Shown: positions 1 to 12,135, counted from the first letter of the stretch. The stretch is DNA of 64,000 nucleotides from Mobula hypostoma (GCF_963921235.1 NC_086109.1:17734001-17798000); one strand, 5' to 3'. The notes: generated from the sequence alone by a model not told the origin. Numbers and translations: made by a program.

Positions 1-1036
1 CAAGAGACGTGAGGAAGAAACGACGCTGGACAAGACACAGGCCCTGGACGCAACTAGGATACAGGGCCTGGTCTGGGACTAGACTAGGAAAGCAGGACCT
101 GGACGAGGAACAAGGAACCTGGACAAGGACTCCGAGCCAGAGACTGGACAGGGACCTGGAACCTGGGTCTTGACTCGGGCTCGGACTCTGGATCCAGGTG
201 AGGACAGGACGTGGCAAGGCAACAGGACTGGATGTGGCGGCAGGACACGGGACCAGAACTGGATGAGGACACGAAGCTAAGACTGGGACTTGGGAGACTG
301 GAACGCAGAACACAGAGCCTTGGCGATCTTGAGAGACAGGAACATGGAACACACAGCCAGGACTGGACGTGGAACTCCTGCACAGGTTGAGGCACATGGA
401 CAGGATGAGAACCCGAAGCCTTGACTTGGTCTTGGGAGAACGGGAAACAGAACACAGAGCCTTGGTAATCTTGGGAGACAGGAACGCAGAACACAGAGCC
501 TTGGCCTTGAGAGACAGGAACATGGAACACAGAGCCGGGACCCGTCCTTGTGAACATGACGTAGGGCTGGGACTCATACACAGAATGCTGAACCCAGTGA
601 GACAGTTCCCAACACAAGGTAGCGGCAAATGGCCAGATCTATCTAGCGAAGGCGTGGACACAGAGACGGTTCCCAACACTAGGTAGCAGCAAACGGCCGG
701 ACCTATCTAGCGAAGGCGTGGACACAGAGACAGTTCCAAACAATGAAAGACAGTTACTTATCTAGACACAGCAAGGCTCTGGTCTTGCTCCGGCGGTAGA
801 ACTTGACAGTGAGGACACTGGCGAGGCTTCAGCCAAGGGCTACAGAAGGAAGGGAAGGGAACAGCCCAGTAAATGAAGATGAACCCAGGAGCTATTTATG
901 TAGCCAGCCCAAAATAAGAATCAGGTGCCTCAATTAGAACATCCAACAGAACAAGGGAAAACCGGAAAACCTGGAATAAGGAATCATGGACCCGACTGTA
1001 AACCGGAATGCCGACTTCACAGACCGGACCATGACA
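1..1036 (-). mobile_element. LTR (probably Gypsy-type), cut by the window start
   Basis: Minus strand starts TGTCATGG at 1036; TATA-like CATAAATA near 900-893; GC-richer than flanks; internal imperfect tandem subrepeats (GGAAC..AACACAGAGCCTTG units at about 290-540; CTAGCGAAGGCGTGGACACAGAGAC twice at about 642-731). Confidence 0.6.
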
Positions 1037-1589
1037 GTAAGTCAGTGGTAACAAATCTGTTTTTGATTCTGATTCTGATTCCTAACCCTATTTTCAATGA
1101 TCAGGACAGAAGCATGACATTGGGAACGGGAGTATGATATATTTGAGACAGACAGCTTGTTGTTGTATGTACAAGATTATCTCACTACTCTAAATCACTT
1201 TAGGAGTTTTTGAGTTTATGAAAGGGTAAAGTGGCAACAACACTTCATGTCTCAGCAATGGAATCTTGATGTTATAAATGAGAAATGCTTTTTGTTCACA
1301 GAAAGTGAGCATCACTGGTAAATTAGGGCAAAACAGCCTGTTCAGTTAACACCCTGTCACTTTTACGATTGGTGCATTGTGGCTGGAGAGTGTACCATCT
1401 GCAAAGCGACAGCCGGTAACTCCTTTGGGTTACTCCATAGCACCTGTTAAACTTATGACTCTCCGAGTAGCTCACTGTCATGAGTTGGAATTGTATTGCC
1501 ATTCCTTGATCATTACAAATCCTGGAATTCACTACTTGACAACATTGGGAGTACAACAGGATTACAGCAGTTCAAGATGACTTTCCATC

Positions 1590-1902
1590 TCCAAAAGCCT
1601 GAAAGCATGTAGAACCAGGCTCAAAGATAGCTTCTATCCTGCCGTCATAAGATTATTGAATGGTTCCCTAGTGCAAAAAGATGGACTCTTAATCTCACAA
1701 TCTACCTTTTTTATGATCTCGCACCTTACTGTTTACTTGCACTGCTCTTTCTCTGTAGCTGCAACACTTTATTCTACCTAGTCATTGTTTTTACTTTGTT
1801 CTACCTCAGCACTGTGTAATGAATTGGCCTGAATGAACAGTATGTAAGACAGGCTTTCCACTGTATCTTGGTTTATTTGACAATAATAAACCAATACCAA
1901 TA
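1590..1902 (+). mobile_element. 3' end of a Rex1/Babar-like LINE
   Basis: Encodes a RLKDSFYPAVIRLLN-like C-terminus followed by 3'UTR and tail. Related fragments at about 4285-4535, 32145-32375 and 48600-48735. Confidence 0.6.
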
Positions 1903-2097
1903 CAGATAAAGTTTCCATAAAGTTAACTTCCCTCTCTTGTCCTTAGGAAGTTGAGCCACTTCTGAATTAGGAAGGGCCTTCTTAGATCATTTGATATAAC
2001 TAAGAGGATAGCTAGGCTACTATGGAAAGAAGATGACACTCAATCATACGGACCACTTTGCATAATAACAATGGATTTCGTTCCCTAAAAGGCATCA

Positions 2098-4201
2098 TAG
2101 AAACATAGAAACATAGAAAATAGGTGCAGGAGTAGGCCATTCTGCCCTTCGAGCCTGCACCGCCATTTATTATGATCATGGCTGATCATCCAACTCAGAA
2201 CCCAGCCTTCCCTTCATACCCCCTGACCCCTGTAGCCACAAGGGCCATATCTAACTCCCTCTTAAACATAGCCAATGAACTGGCCTCAACAGTTTGCTGT
2301 GGCAGAGAATTCCACAGATTGACCACTCTCTGTGTGAAGAAGTTTTTCCTAATCTCGGTCCTAAAAGGCTTCCCCTCTATCCTCAAACTGTGACCCCTCG
2401 TTCTGGACCTCCCCAACATCGGGAACAATCTTCCCGCATCTAGCCTGTCCAATCCCTTTAGGATCTTATACGTTTCAATCAGATCCCCCCTCAATCTTCT
2501 AAATTCCAACGAGTACAAGCCCAGTTCATCCAGTCTTTCTTCATATGAAAGACCTGCCATCCCAGGAATCAATCTGGTGAACCTTCTTTGTACTCCCTCT
2601 ATGGCAAAGATGTCTTTCCTCAGATTAGGAGACCAAAACTGCACACAATACTCCAGGTGTGGTCTCACCAAGGCCTTGTACAACTGCAGTAGTACCTCCC
2701 TGCTCCTGTACTCGAATCCTCTCGCTATAAATGCCAGCATACCGTTCGCCTTTTTCACCGCCTGCTGTACCTGTATGCTCACTTTCAATGACTGGTGTAT
2801 AATGACACCCAGGTCTCGTTGCACCTCCCCTTTTCCTAATCGGCCACCATTCAGATAATAATCTGTTTTCCTATTTTTGCCACCAAAGTGGATAACTTCA
2901 CATTTATCCACATTAAATTGCATCTGCCATGAGTTTGCCCACTCACCCAACCTATCCAAGTCACCCTGCATCCTCTTAGCATCCTCCTCACTGCTAACAC
3001 TGCCACCCAGCTTCGTGTCATCCGCAAACTTGGAGATGCTGCATTTAATTCCCTCATCCAAGTCATTAATATATATTGTAAACAACTGGGGTCCCAGCAC
3101 TGAGCCTTGCGGTACCCCACTAGTCACCGCCTGCCATTCTGAAAAGGTCCCGTTTATTCCCACTCTTTGCTTCCTGTCTGCTAACCAATTCTCCACCCAC
3201 ACCAATACCTTACCCCCAATACCGTGTGCTTTAAGTTTGCACACTAATCTCCTGTGTGGGACCTTGTCAAAAGCCTTTTGAAAATCCAAATATACCACAT
3301 CCACTGGTTCTCCCCTATCCACTCTACTAGTTACATCCTCAAAAAATTCTATGAGATTCGTCAGACATGATTTTCCTTTCACAAATCCATGCTGACTTTG
3401 TCCAATCATTTCACCGCTTTCCAAATGTGCTGTTATCACATCCTTGATAACTGACTCCAGCAGTTTCCCCACCACCGACGTTAGGCTAACCGGTCTATAA
3501 TTCCCCGGTTTCTCTCTCCCTCCTTTTTTAAAAAGTGGGGTTACATTAGCCACCCTCCAATCCTCAGGAACTAGTCCAGAATCTAACGAGTTTTGAAAAA
3601 TTATCACTAATGCATCCACTATTTCTTGGGCTACTTCCTTAAGCACTCTGGGATGCAGACCATCTGGCCCTGGGGATTTATCTGCCTTCAATCCCTTCAA
3701 TTTACCTAACACCACTTCCCTACTAACATGTATTTCACTCAGTTCCTCCATCTCACTGGACCCTCTGTCCCTTACTATTTCTGGAAGATTATTTATGTCC
3801 TCCTTAGTGAAGACAGAACCAAAGTAATTATTCAATTGGTCTGCCATGTCCTTGCTCCCCATAATCAATTCACCTGTTTCTGTCTGCAGGGGACCTACAT
3901 TTGTCTTTATCAGTCTTTTCCTTTTTACATATCTATAAAAGCTTTTACAGTCCGTTTTTATGTTCTCTGCCAGTTTTCTCTCATAATCTTTTTTCCCCTT
4001 CCTAATTAAGCCCTTTGTCCTCCTCTGCTGAACTCTGAATTTCTCCCAGTCCTCAGGTGAGCCACTTTCTCTGGCTAATTTGTATGCTACTTCTTTGGAA
4101 TTGATACTATCCCTAATTTCTCTTGTCAGCCACGGGTGCACTACCTTCCTTGATTTATTCTTTTGCCAAACTGGGATGAACAATTGTTGTAGTTCATCCA
4201 T
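2098..4201 (-). mobile_element. 5'-truncated CR1 LINE with an uninterrupted 668-aa ORF2 fragment (reverse transcriptase)
   Basis: ORF 2195-4201 has [45 protein letters not shown] and [14 protein letters not shown]; (TTTCTATG)n tail at about 2098-2119; candidate duplication GCATCA at 2092-2097 and 4202-4207. No endonuclease domain. Confidence 0.97.
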
Positions 4202-4947
4202 GCATCAGTGACATGGGTGGGAAACAAGGGAGTTTGTCTTTAGCTTGGTGGTTTCATAGTCACCTTTACTGAAGCTAACTTTCTACTCAAGACTATTGAA
4301 TGGTCCCCTAGTACAAAAAGATGGACCTTTGACCTCACAATCTACCTCGTTATGGTCTTACACCTTATTGTCTGCCTGCACATCCACAATCTCTGTAACT
4401 GTTACAGTATATATTATACATTCTGTTATTGTTTTCCCTCATACAAACTCAATGGATTATTATAATGAAAAGAACTGTATGGATGGTATGCAAAACAAAG
4501 TTTCTCACTGTACCTTGGGTCATTTGACAATATTGAACTGGTTTATCAATTAATATTCACTAGCTATAACTGGATTTGAACTTACTATTTCCCAATTTTT
4601 AGCGGGCCCTCTGGATTACTAACCTACAACTATCATAATACACTCAGTGGCCACGTTATTAGGTACCTCGTGTGCTTAACAAAGTGGCTACAAAGTGTAT
4701 GTTCAAGGTCTTTTACTGCTGTAGTCCATCCACTTAAAGGTTCAACACATTGTGCATTCAGAGATGCTCTTCTGCACACCACTTTTGTAACATGTGATTA
4801 TTAGAGTTACTGTTGTCTTCCTGTTAGCTTGAACTAGTCTGACCATTCTCCTCTGAAGTCTCTCATTAACAAGCCATTTTCATCCACAGAATTTTTTTTT
4901 ATTCTTGCACCATTCTTTGTAAACTCTAGAGACTGCTGTGTCTAAAG

Positions 4948-6184
4948 CAGGGGTCCCCAACCTTTTTTGCACCGCGGACCGGTTTAATATTGACAATATT
5001 CTTGCGGACCAGCTGACCGAAGGGGGGGCGGGCGGGGTGAATGTTAATCACATCTGGAATATAGGTGATAAGTCACTTATAAATGGCTAATACACTCAAT
5101 TTCATTTCTAAAGGGGTTTATCTAATGAATTTAATATTAATGAATATAGTGATAAGTCAATTATAACAGTGGTCCCAAACCTCCGGGCCATGGACTGATA
5201 CATTGCCGTGAAGAATGCAGCAGTACAGCGGTGGCCGGAATGCACCCAGCACGTCTTTAAGAAAAAAAGCCGAAATAAACTAGTTAATTGATTAGGTGCT
5301 GCCTGGCATGTAAATGTCAGCCCAGATCAGAGGTGACGCAATCAGCAATTGCCTCTGATCTGGGCCGACATTTACGTGCCGAGCGGCACCTAATCAATTA
5401 GCTTGTTTATTTCAGCTTTTGTCTTAAAGATGTGCTGGGTGCGCTCCGGCCACCGCTGCACCCCTGCATGCTTCGCAGCCTGGAGGTTGGGCACAACTGA
5501 ATCATAAGTCAATAGCATCATAACATTTTAAGTAACATTTGGATATTAAACACACAGTGCATATTTTCCTCGTATGAACACATAAAATCATTGCAACACA
5601 CCAATATCACTGAATCAGTGGGAGCCCTGGGCTTGTTTCCCCGCAACAACACTCTCCCATCGAGGGGCGATAGGAGACAGCGATACTCGAAGGGGGTTCC
5701 TTATGTCCAGTCTATTCCGCAATTTAGTTTTCGTTGCATTCATCGCAGAAAACTCCACTTCGCAGCGATATGATGTTGGAAATGGAAGCAACGTTTTCAG
5801 TGCTTTCGTGGCTATCTCAGGATATTCAGCCTTGACTTTGAGATCCGGAATGCCGGCAGAGATGTTATGTCAAACATACTTTTCAGCCCGCGGCCATTTG
5901 CAAGCTCGAGGAGTTGATCTTTTTCCTGTGTTGACATGGATGATTCACCAGGAACATTCACAAATGGGTCACGGACCCATTCCTTTGCACGTCTTGGGTC
6001 ACTGATGACCTCGCGTGTGAAAAGGAGTTCAACAGTGGGCGTGACAGGGAATGAGGAAAGGTGTGCTGACTCATATCATTTCATATCGCCAACTCATATC
6101 GTTTCCTCGCGGCTCATGGCCCGGTCACACATGCTTTGCCACCCGGTCGGTACCAGTCCGCAGCCCGGTGCTTGGGGACCGCTG
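4948..6184 (-). mobile_element. hAT-Charlie non-autonomous element with a transposase C-terminal remnant
   Basis: TIRs CAGGGGTCCCCAA / TTGGGGACCGCTG; perfect 8-bp TSD GTCTAAAG (4940-4947, 6185-6192); minus-strand remnant of the hAT dimerisation region ending KQAQGSH* near 5615. Confidence 0.9.
5167..5499. mobile_element. Palindromic hAT-type MITE nested in the Charlie element
   Basis: Ends CAGTGGTCCCAAACCTCC / GGAGGTTGGGCACAACTG; TSD AATTATAA / AATCATAA (7 of 8 match); the two halves are reverse complements around 5335-5350. Confidence 0.8.
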
Positions 6185-6683
6185 GTCTAAAGATCCAAGG
6201 AGAAGAGCAGTTTCCTTGGCATCTGGCACCAAAAAACCATTCCACCATCAGAGTCACCTAGATCATATTTGTTCTCCATTCTGATGTTTGGTCTGAGTAA
6301 CAACTGAACCTCTAGACCATGTCTGCATGCTTTTATGCATTGAGTTGTTGCCACCTGATATTTACATTAACGGACAGGTGTACAGGTGTACCAATAAAGT
6401 GGCCACTCTGCTCTCCACTCTTTAATGCAGACTGGTGCTTAAACACAAAATCAGGAAGATCAATTATCAAGGCTTTTCTGTTGAAATTGAGTAGAAGTTT
6501 AGATGGTGACGAAAAGAAAGTTAATATTAAGCAAAAATATGAGATAGATTATTAATCTTCCTAAAAAGTGTTCATCACATCCAAGTAAAGAAATGAATGT
6601 GAATATAAAAAATCTATTGAAAATATGTATTGAACTAATAAATTATTTGACTTAATTTTGGACCTAGCTCAGGAATTTGAGCT

Positions 6684-6823
6684 CTGATGAAGGGTCTTGG
6701 CATGAAACTTCAACAGCTTATCCCCCTTCATAGATGCTGCCTGACCTGCTGAGTTCCTCCAGCATTTTTTATATGTTTTTCTACAATAAAAAACATACAA
6801 AATTCTAGAGGAACTCAGCAGGT
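6684..6823 (+). repeat. Penelope-like terminal repeat fragment with decayed hammerhead motif and inverted partial copy
   Basis: CTGATGAAGGGTCTTGGCATGAAAC, then GACCTGCTGAGTTCCTCCAGC with its reverse complement GAGGAACTCAGCAGGT at about 6808-6823. Confidence 0.7.
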
Positions 6824-7117
6824 TTAAAAGTTCCACCATAAATGTTCAATCAAATTATATATTCCCATTTTAAACATAAATGTAAATCAAGTTATATATA
6901 CTTCCTTTTATCTCCATTTCAACTCGTGAAACGTTTCATTTTTGGCTCTTTTGAATTCTTTGAACAGTTTCTGTTTTATTGAGCATTATTACAGTGTTGA
7001 GGAGAAATTTCTTCTATTCTCCATTGACTCTTTTAAGTTCAGGCTTAAAACTTACCTTTATTCACTAGCATTTGAATCTTCCTAATGTGGCTGATTTTTG
7101 GCTTGTGCCTAGGCTCA

Positions 7118-7278
7118 TGTGTTGTTTACTTTGTGCCTATAAGCTGTGTGCCTTGTTGTTTATACCTGTGTTTCTTGTATTTGTGATTATAGCTACCTGT
7201 TATGGTTTGTACAGCACTTTGGTCAACATGGGTTGTTTTTAAATGTGCTTTATAAATAAATTTGACTTGACTTGACTT
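7118..7278 (+). mobile_element. L2-clade LINE/SINE 3' end
   Basis: GTACAGCACTTTGG...AAATGTGCTTTATAAATAAA followed by a (GACTT)n tail. Confidence 0.6.
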
Positions 7279-7891
7279 TATTCTCCAGCTTACTGTACCT
7301 TTTATACAACAGCACGGATAACACACATGATGCTGCACCTAGCGTACGACAAACTGGTAATAATTTGCCATTTGTCTTCTCCCTTTCAGCAATCAAGATT
7401 AGTAACAAAAATAAATGTGAAAATTGTGGTATGGGGATAATTTAGTGAAATATAGTGCTTCAGGCAGCCCAGTATAATTGAGGAACAATAGTGCCAAGAA
7501 TATCTCTGTCTGAAACTTTATCCTGCAATATAGGAACATTAGTGGATTTGAAAGTGGAAGAGAAAAAAATTTGGATATGTGCAAATCTTGGCCATTTTGA
7601 AGCAATTTTTTGAAGAACAGGAAGGAGAATGGGAACAATTAGCCTCTTGAATAGAAGGCAATGCATTTTACTCACACCACCATTGTGCTCGTCAGATATT
7701 GTCCAGAAGTCAATACTACAGTAATCAGCTGTTCAATGTACTGACTTCCATGTTCTGATAACATCTCCCAAACCCAGCTATCCATGAGAACAAGGCCGTT
7801 ATGTACACATGGACATCACCACCTCAAAGTTCCTCTCTCTCACCATACTTCACTTGAATGTTCAGCTGCTCCTCATTGGGAAAATATTCAC

Positions 7892-8128
7892 TTATTTAGA
7901 GATACAGCATGGTAACAGGTCCTTCGAGCCTGTGCCACCCAATTACACCCATGTGATCTATTAAACTACTAACCCGTACGTCTTTGGAACTTGGGAAGAA
8001 ACGGAAGCCACTGGGGAAAATCTATGCAATGATGAGGAGAACGTACAAACTCCTTATGGACAGCGATGGGAATCGAACCCGGGTCACTGGCACCGTAATA
8101 GTGTTTTGCTAACTGCCATGTTCCATGT
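7892..8128 (-). mobile_element. tRNA-derived V-SINE (HE1-like)
   Basis: B-box GGTTCGATTCC (8079-8069), V-domain-like GGAGTTTGTACGTTCTCC and a CR1-like tail. Confidence 0.75.
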
Positions 8129-9207
8129 CAATAGCTCAGCTAAGGTGGGGGGGACAAGATTCACTGTTAACTACGAATCCTCAAAAATTCCCATACTGTT
8201 TTGCTTTTCTCTCTTTTATCCTGAAAAATTGAAATATTATCCTATATGCCCCATAAACATCAAGATATTTGCATGAAATTAAGACTGCTTCTTAATAACA
8301 TGTCCCATTTAAATGATTGCTCTGTGTTCCTGCAAATGCACTCAGTCTCTAACCAAGCAAAGCATCAAAATGAAACTATACAAAGTCTTACTCTTGAAGG
8401 TAATAACTTTCTGCAAGAGTTTGCATTTTGCTTTCAATCTTTTCAGTCTATGCTTCCTCTCTTGATCCCAACTTCGCTTCCTTCTGTTTGTATTCCTACA
8501 TTTCATTTGACTCTTTTTTTATCCTTAAATCTCATGAGTTAAAGTGATGAATTGCTGGTGCTATTGTTCAGTAAAATCCCAGCTGGCTCTTAGTTTAGGG
8601 CCTGCATTATTAGCTTCCTCTGCAAACTGGGACACAGTATGTTCTTTGAACTAGAGGCAGATGGAAAATACCTAACTGATGGTACATTCTTACTGCAGAA
8701 AATATTGGGCTAATAACTTTCAGGCTGGAGATAAGGTTACCTTTCCACTAATCACACAAACTCAAAATACAAAGTTTAAAAATAGTAGTACGAATCATTT
8801 ATATCATATCTAATGGCATTTAATTATAAATTCCATTGAAATTAATAATGAAGGTTATAGTTAAAAGCTATTAGATATGAGTTTTTAAACAAAATTAAAT
8901 TTTTTGTTTAAAAATATAACAAATTCGTGAAAAGGTTATGACTGGCTAAATGAAAGAACAGCCAGACACTGTATATTTAAAATCTGAGCTTCATTCACCG
9001 CAGGATTGTAAAGAATGTCTGGCATAACAAATCAATGCCCTTGAACTTAGTCCCAAGAGGACCTTATTGGCAGGAATAAGAGTCTCTCATATCCTTATAC
9101 CATTAGTTGCTAGGTCAATGCTATTCAATGAGAAGGAATGAAAGCCATTATGATTATATTTTTCTCAAAAATAAAGTGAAATGATATACTATAAATATGA
9201 GGTTATA

Positions 9208-9761
9208 CACCCAGTGGCCACTTCATTAGGTACAGGAGTGGAACCTGGTGTGGTCTCCTGCTACTATAGGTCTCCTACTCCTGTACCCCATCCTCTTTCA
9301 GGTTCAATGTGCTGTGCATCTGGAGGTGTCCTTCTGCACACCACTGTTGTAATGCATGGTTATCTGAGTTAACGTCACCTTCCTGTCAGCTTGAAACAGT
9401 CTGGCAATTCCCTTCTGACCTCTCGCATTAGCAAAGCGTTTTTACCCACAGAACCGCCACTCACTGAATGTTTTTTTTTTGCCCAGTTCTCTGTAAATTC
9501 CAGAGACTGTTGTGCATGAAAATCCCAGGAGATCTGCAGTTTCTGAGATACTCAACCCATCCTGTCTGGCACCAACAATCATTCCATGGTTAAAGTCACT
9601 TAGATCATGTTTTCTTCCCCATTCTGATGTTTGGTCCAACCAACAACTGAACCTCTTGACCATGTCTGCATGCTTTTATGCATTGAGTTGCTGCCACGTG
9701 ATTAGCTGATTAGGGATTTGTATTAATGAGCAGGTGTACCTAATAAAGTGACCACTGAGTG
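9208..9761 (-). mobile_element. Tc1-derived non-autonomous element (complete copy)
   Basis: TA flanks; TIRs CAC.CAGTGGCCACTT.ATTAGGTACA; internal transposase N-terminal remnant DLSDFNHGMIVGARQDGLSISETADLLGFSCTTVS. Confidence 0.9.
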
Positions 9762-9834
9762 TAAATAAAACCATATTCAACTCTGTTACTTAGGAGCCAC
9801 GCTTGTCAGAAACCAACAAGAAATAGGCGAATAT

Positions 9835-12135
9835 TTATCCCTTGGTTCAGTTCCTTCCCACCTCTGTCTACACCACTTCACATATTTACAATCTCAACAA
9901 CTTTCAATTTCCTCATTTTCTCCATAGATGTTCAGTCCCAGTTTCTCCTTTGGTTCCTCCCATTTTCTCCAAACTCGAGGTGTAGCCAGAGGCACTCCCA
10001 TGCCTGCCTTTTAGTGGGCTACGTGGAATAGTCCAAGCCTTCCCTGGTCATGCACCACAACTCTTTCTGTGCTACATTAATGACAACGTTGGTGCTGCTT
10101 CATGCATCAATGCTGAGCTTGTCAACTTCATCAACTTTGCCTCCAATTTCCACTCCGCCCTTTAATTCTTTTCTGACACTTTTCTCCTATTTCTTGATCT
10201 CTCTCCATCTCTGGAGACAAACTGTCTACCAATATCTTTTATAAAATTACAGATTCCCACGGTTGTCTTGACTACACCCATGGTGTCAAAATGGTTGTTG
10301 TGACACGTTTGGTGTGGTAGTGTAGTGGGTTATGGTTGTTGCTCTCACTTTTAGCTTCCACTGCTGTGTAGCAGTCTTGTGAAAAGGAGAGCTGATTGTG
10401 TTAAGTCTCTCCCTGCCAGTACACAGCCTGTCCAACAGCAAGCCTCATGTAGTGCTTCCTCGCTGGCGACACACAAAAACTGAACTCCTCTCGGACTCAG
10501 GCTGAATTATAGAGGATGGGGAGGAGGTCTGGCCCCTGCGCATGTAGCACGCAGGACCAGTGGTGTGTGGATATGCCCTGGTGTTCATGAGGCAGATCCC
10601 CAGCTATGGGTAAATAGCCCCACTGTCTTGTGGGCAGCCTCGGGAGAGGCAAAGGCAATGGGAGTAAACTCAGACAGAAAATCCGGAGTGAAGCCCCTAA
10701 GGCGGCTGGACATCATTGAACATCCTTCCAGCAGCTCCTGCAGCCAAGCAGGTGCCAAACATATGGCTTCATAAGCTTTCATTTGGACTACACTGGTGAG
10801 GCCAAGAGGGGGATCTTGACAACTGGGCATCTCAGGATCTCCATACCTTCTGCCCAGGCTTGTGATGATGATGATGATCATCCATTGTCCTTTGAGAAAG
10901 ACGGATGACAACTACCACCTCTTCCCATCCTGTCTCCTGTAAAAATCCTATTTCCTTTCCTCAGTTCCTTCGTTTCCACTGAATCTGTTCCCAGGATGAG
11001 GCTTTCCTTTCCAGGGTATCAGATATCCTCCTTCCTCAGAGAACATCATTGATGCTTCCCTCACCTGCATCTCCGCCATCTCCCAGATACCCGCACTCAC
11101 TCCTTCATCCTGCTGCCTGAAGAGGGATGGAGTTCCTCTTGTCTTCTCTTGCCACTGGATGAACCTCCATATCCAACATATTATTCTCTGTAGGTTCTGC
11201 CATCTTCAATGGGACCCTATCACCAAACACATCTTTACCTCCGCCCCACTCTCCACCATCTGCAGGGATCACTTCCTCCATGATTCCCTTGTCCAATCAT
11301 CCCTCCCCACTAATCTCCTTCCAAGTGACAGAAATGCGACACCTGCCCATTCACCACCCCCCCCCGCCTCTATTCAGGGCATCAAACAGTCCTTCCAAGC
11401 ACTTTACCTGTGAATCTGTTGGGGTCATCTACTGTATCCGGTGCTCCCAATACAGCCTCCTCTGCACTGGTGAGATATGACATGAATTGGGAGACCGCTT
11501 TGTTAAGCATCTTCGGTCTATCTGTGGAATTTCCCAGTGGCTAATCATTTCAATTCCTATCCCCATTTCTGGTCTGACTTGTGGATCCATGGCCTCCTGT
11601 TCCAGCACAATGAAGCCACTCTCAGGTTGGAGGAGCAATAGCTCATATTCCATCTGGGTAGCCTCCAACTTGAAAGCATGAACATCCATTTCTCCAAATT
11701 CCGGTAATTTATTTTCTCCTCTCCCCCTTCCCTCTTCTGTTCCCCACTCTAGCCTCTTACCTTTACTTCTCTCCTGCTTATCACCTAATGCACCTCCTCC
11801 CTTTCTCCCATGGTTCACTCTCCTCTCCGATCAGATTCCTTCTTCTCCAGCCCTTTTCCTTTTCCATCTATCACTTCCCAGATTCTTACTTCATCCTCCT
11901 TCCCTTATCACCTGGCTTCACCTATCGCCTTCTGGCTTGTCTCCCTTCCCCTCCCCCCACATTCTTATTCTGGCATCCTCCCCCTTCCTTTCCAGTCCCG
12001 ATGAAGGGTCTTGGCCCAAAATGTCGACTGTTTATTCATTTCCATAGGTGTTGCCTGGTCTGCTGAGTTCCTCCAGTATTTTGTGTGTGTGTGTTACTTT
12101 GGATTTCCAGCACCTAAAGAATCTTTTGCGACTGA
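9835..12135 (+). mobile_element. Decayed Penelope-like retroelement (RT + GIY-YIG endonuclease + terminal repeat)
   Basis: Frameshifted RT remnants (GVA.G, VGYVE, DYTSSHPVSCKNPISFPQFLRF.*ICSQ) and GIY-YIG remnant FTCESVGVIYCIRCSQYSLLCTGE..GDRFVKHLRS; the 3' repeat has a hammerhead-like motif at 11993-12030. Confidence 0.85.
10280..10912. mobile_element. Unclassified ~630 bp insertion within the Penelope RT
   Basis: Splits the DYT|SSHP coding sequence with an imperfect CTAC(C)ACC duplication; has a (GAT)n tract near 10864-10878. Confidence 0.55.

Larger units (their letters stand above)
4641..6408 (-). mobile_element. Tc1-derived non-autonomous element, split by a hAT insertion
   Basis: TA + CACTCAGTGGCCAC.TTATTAGGTAC left TIR and AATAAAGTGGCCACT right end; the halves (4641-4947, 6185-6408) match the uninterrupted copy at 9208-9761. 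Confidence 0.85.

Noticed and set aside
84..686. Repetitive ORFs of 177 and 105 aa
   Set aside because: They are translations of LTR subrepeats, with no recognisable domain or splice context.
290..731. Regularly recurring repeats reminiscent of a CRISPR array
   Set aside because: Imperfect units without unique spacers, no cas genes, and a eukaryotic LTR context.
2577..3281. Plus-strand ORFs such as [15 protein letters not shown] (also 38321-38692 and 38709-39164)
   Set aside because: Antisense shadows of the CR1 reverse transcriptase.
8060..8128. tRNA-like B-box GGTTCGATTCC
   Set aside because: Part of a V-SINE head; no complete cloverleaf, so not a tRNA gene.
9130..9152. AAGGAATGAAAGCCAT, whose reverse complement resembles mature miR-135
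   Set aside because: Only a partial match, and no complementary arm nearby to form a pre-miRNA hairpin.
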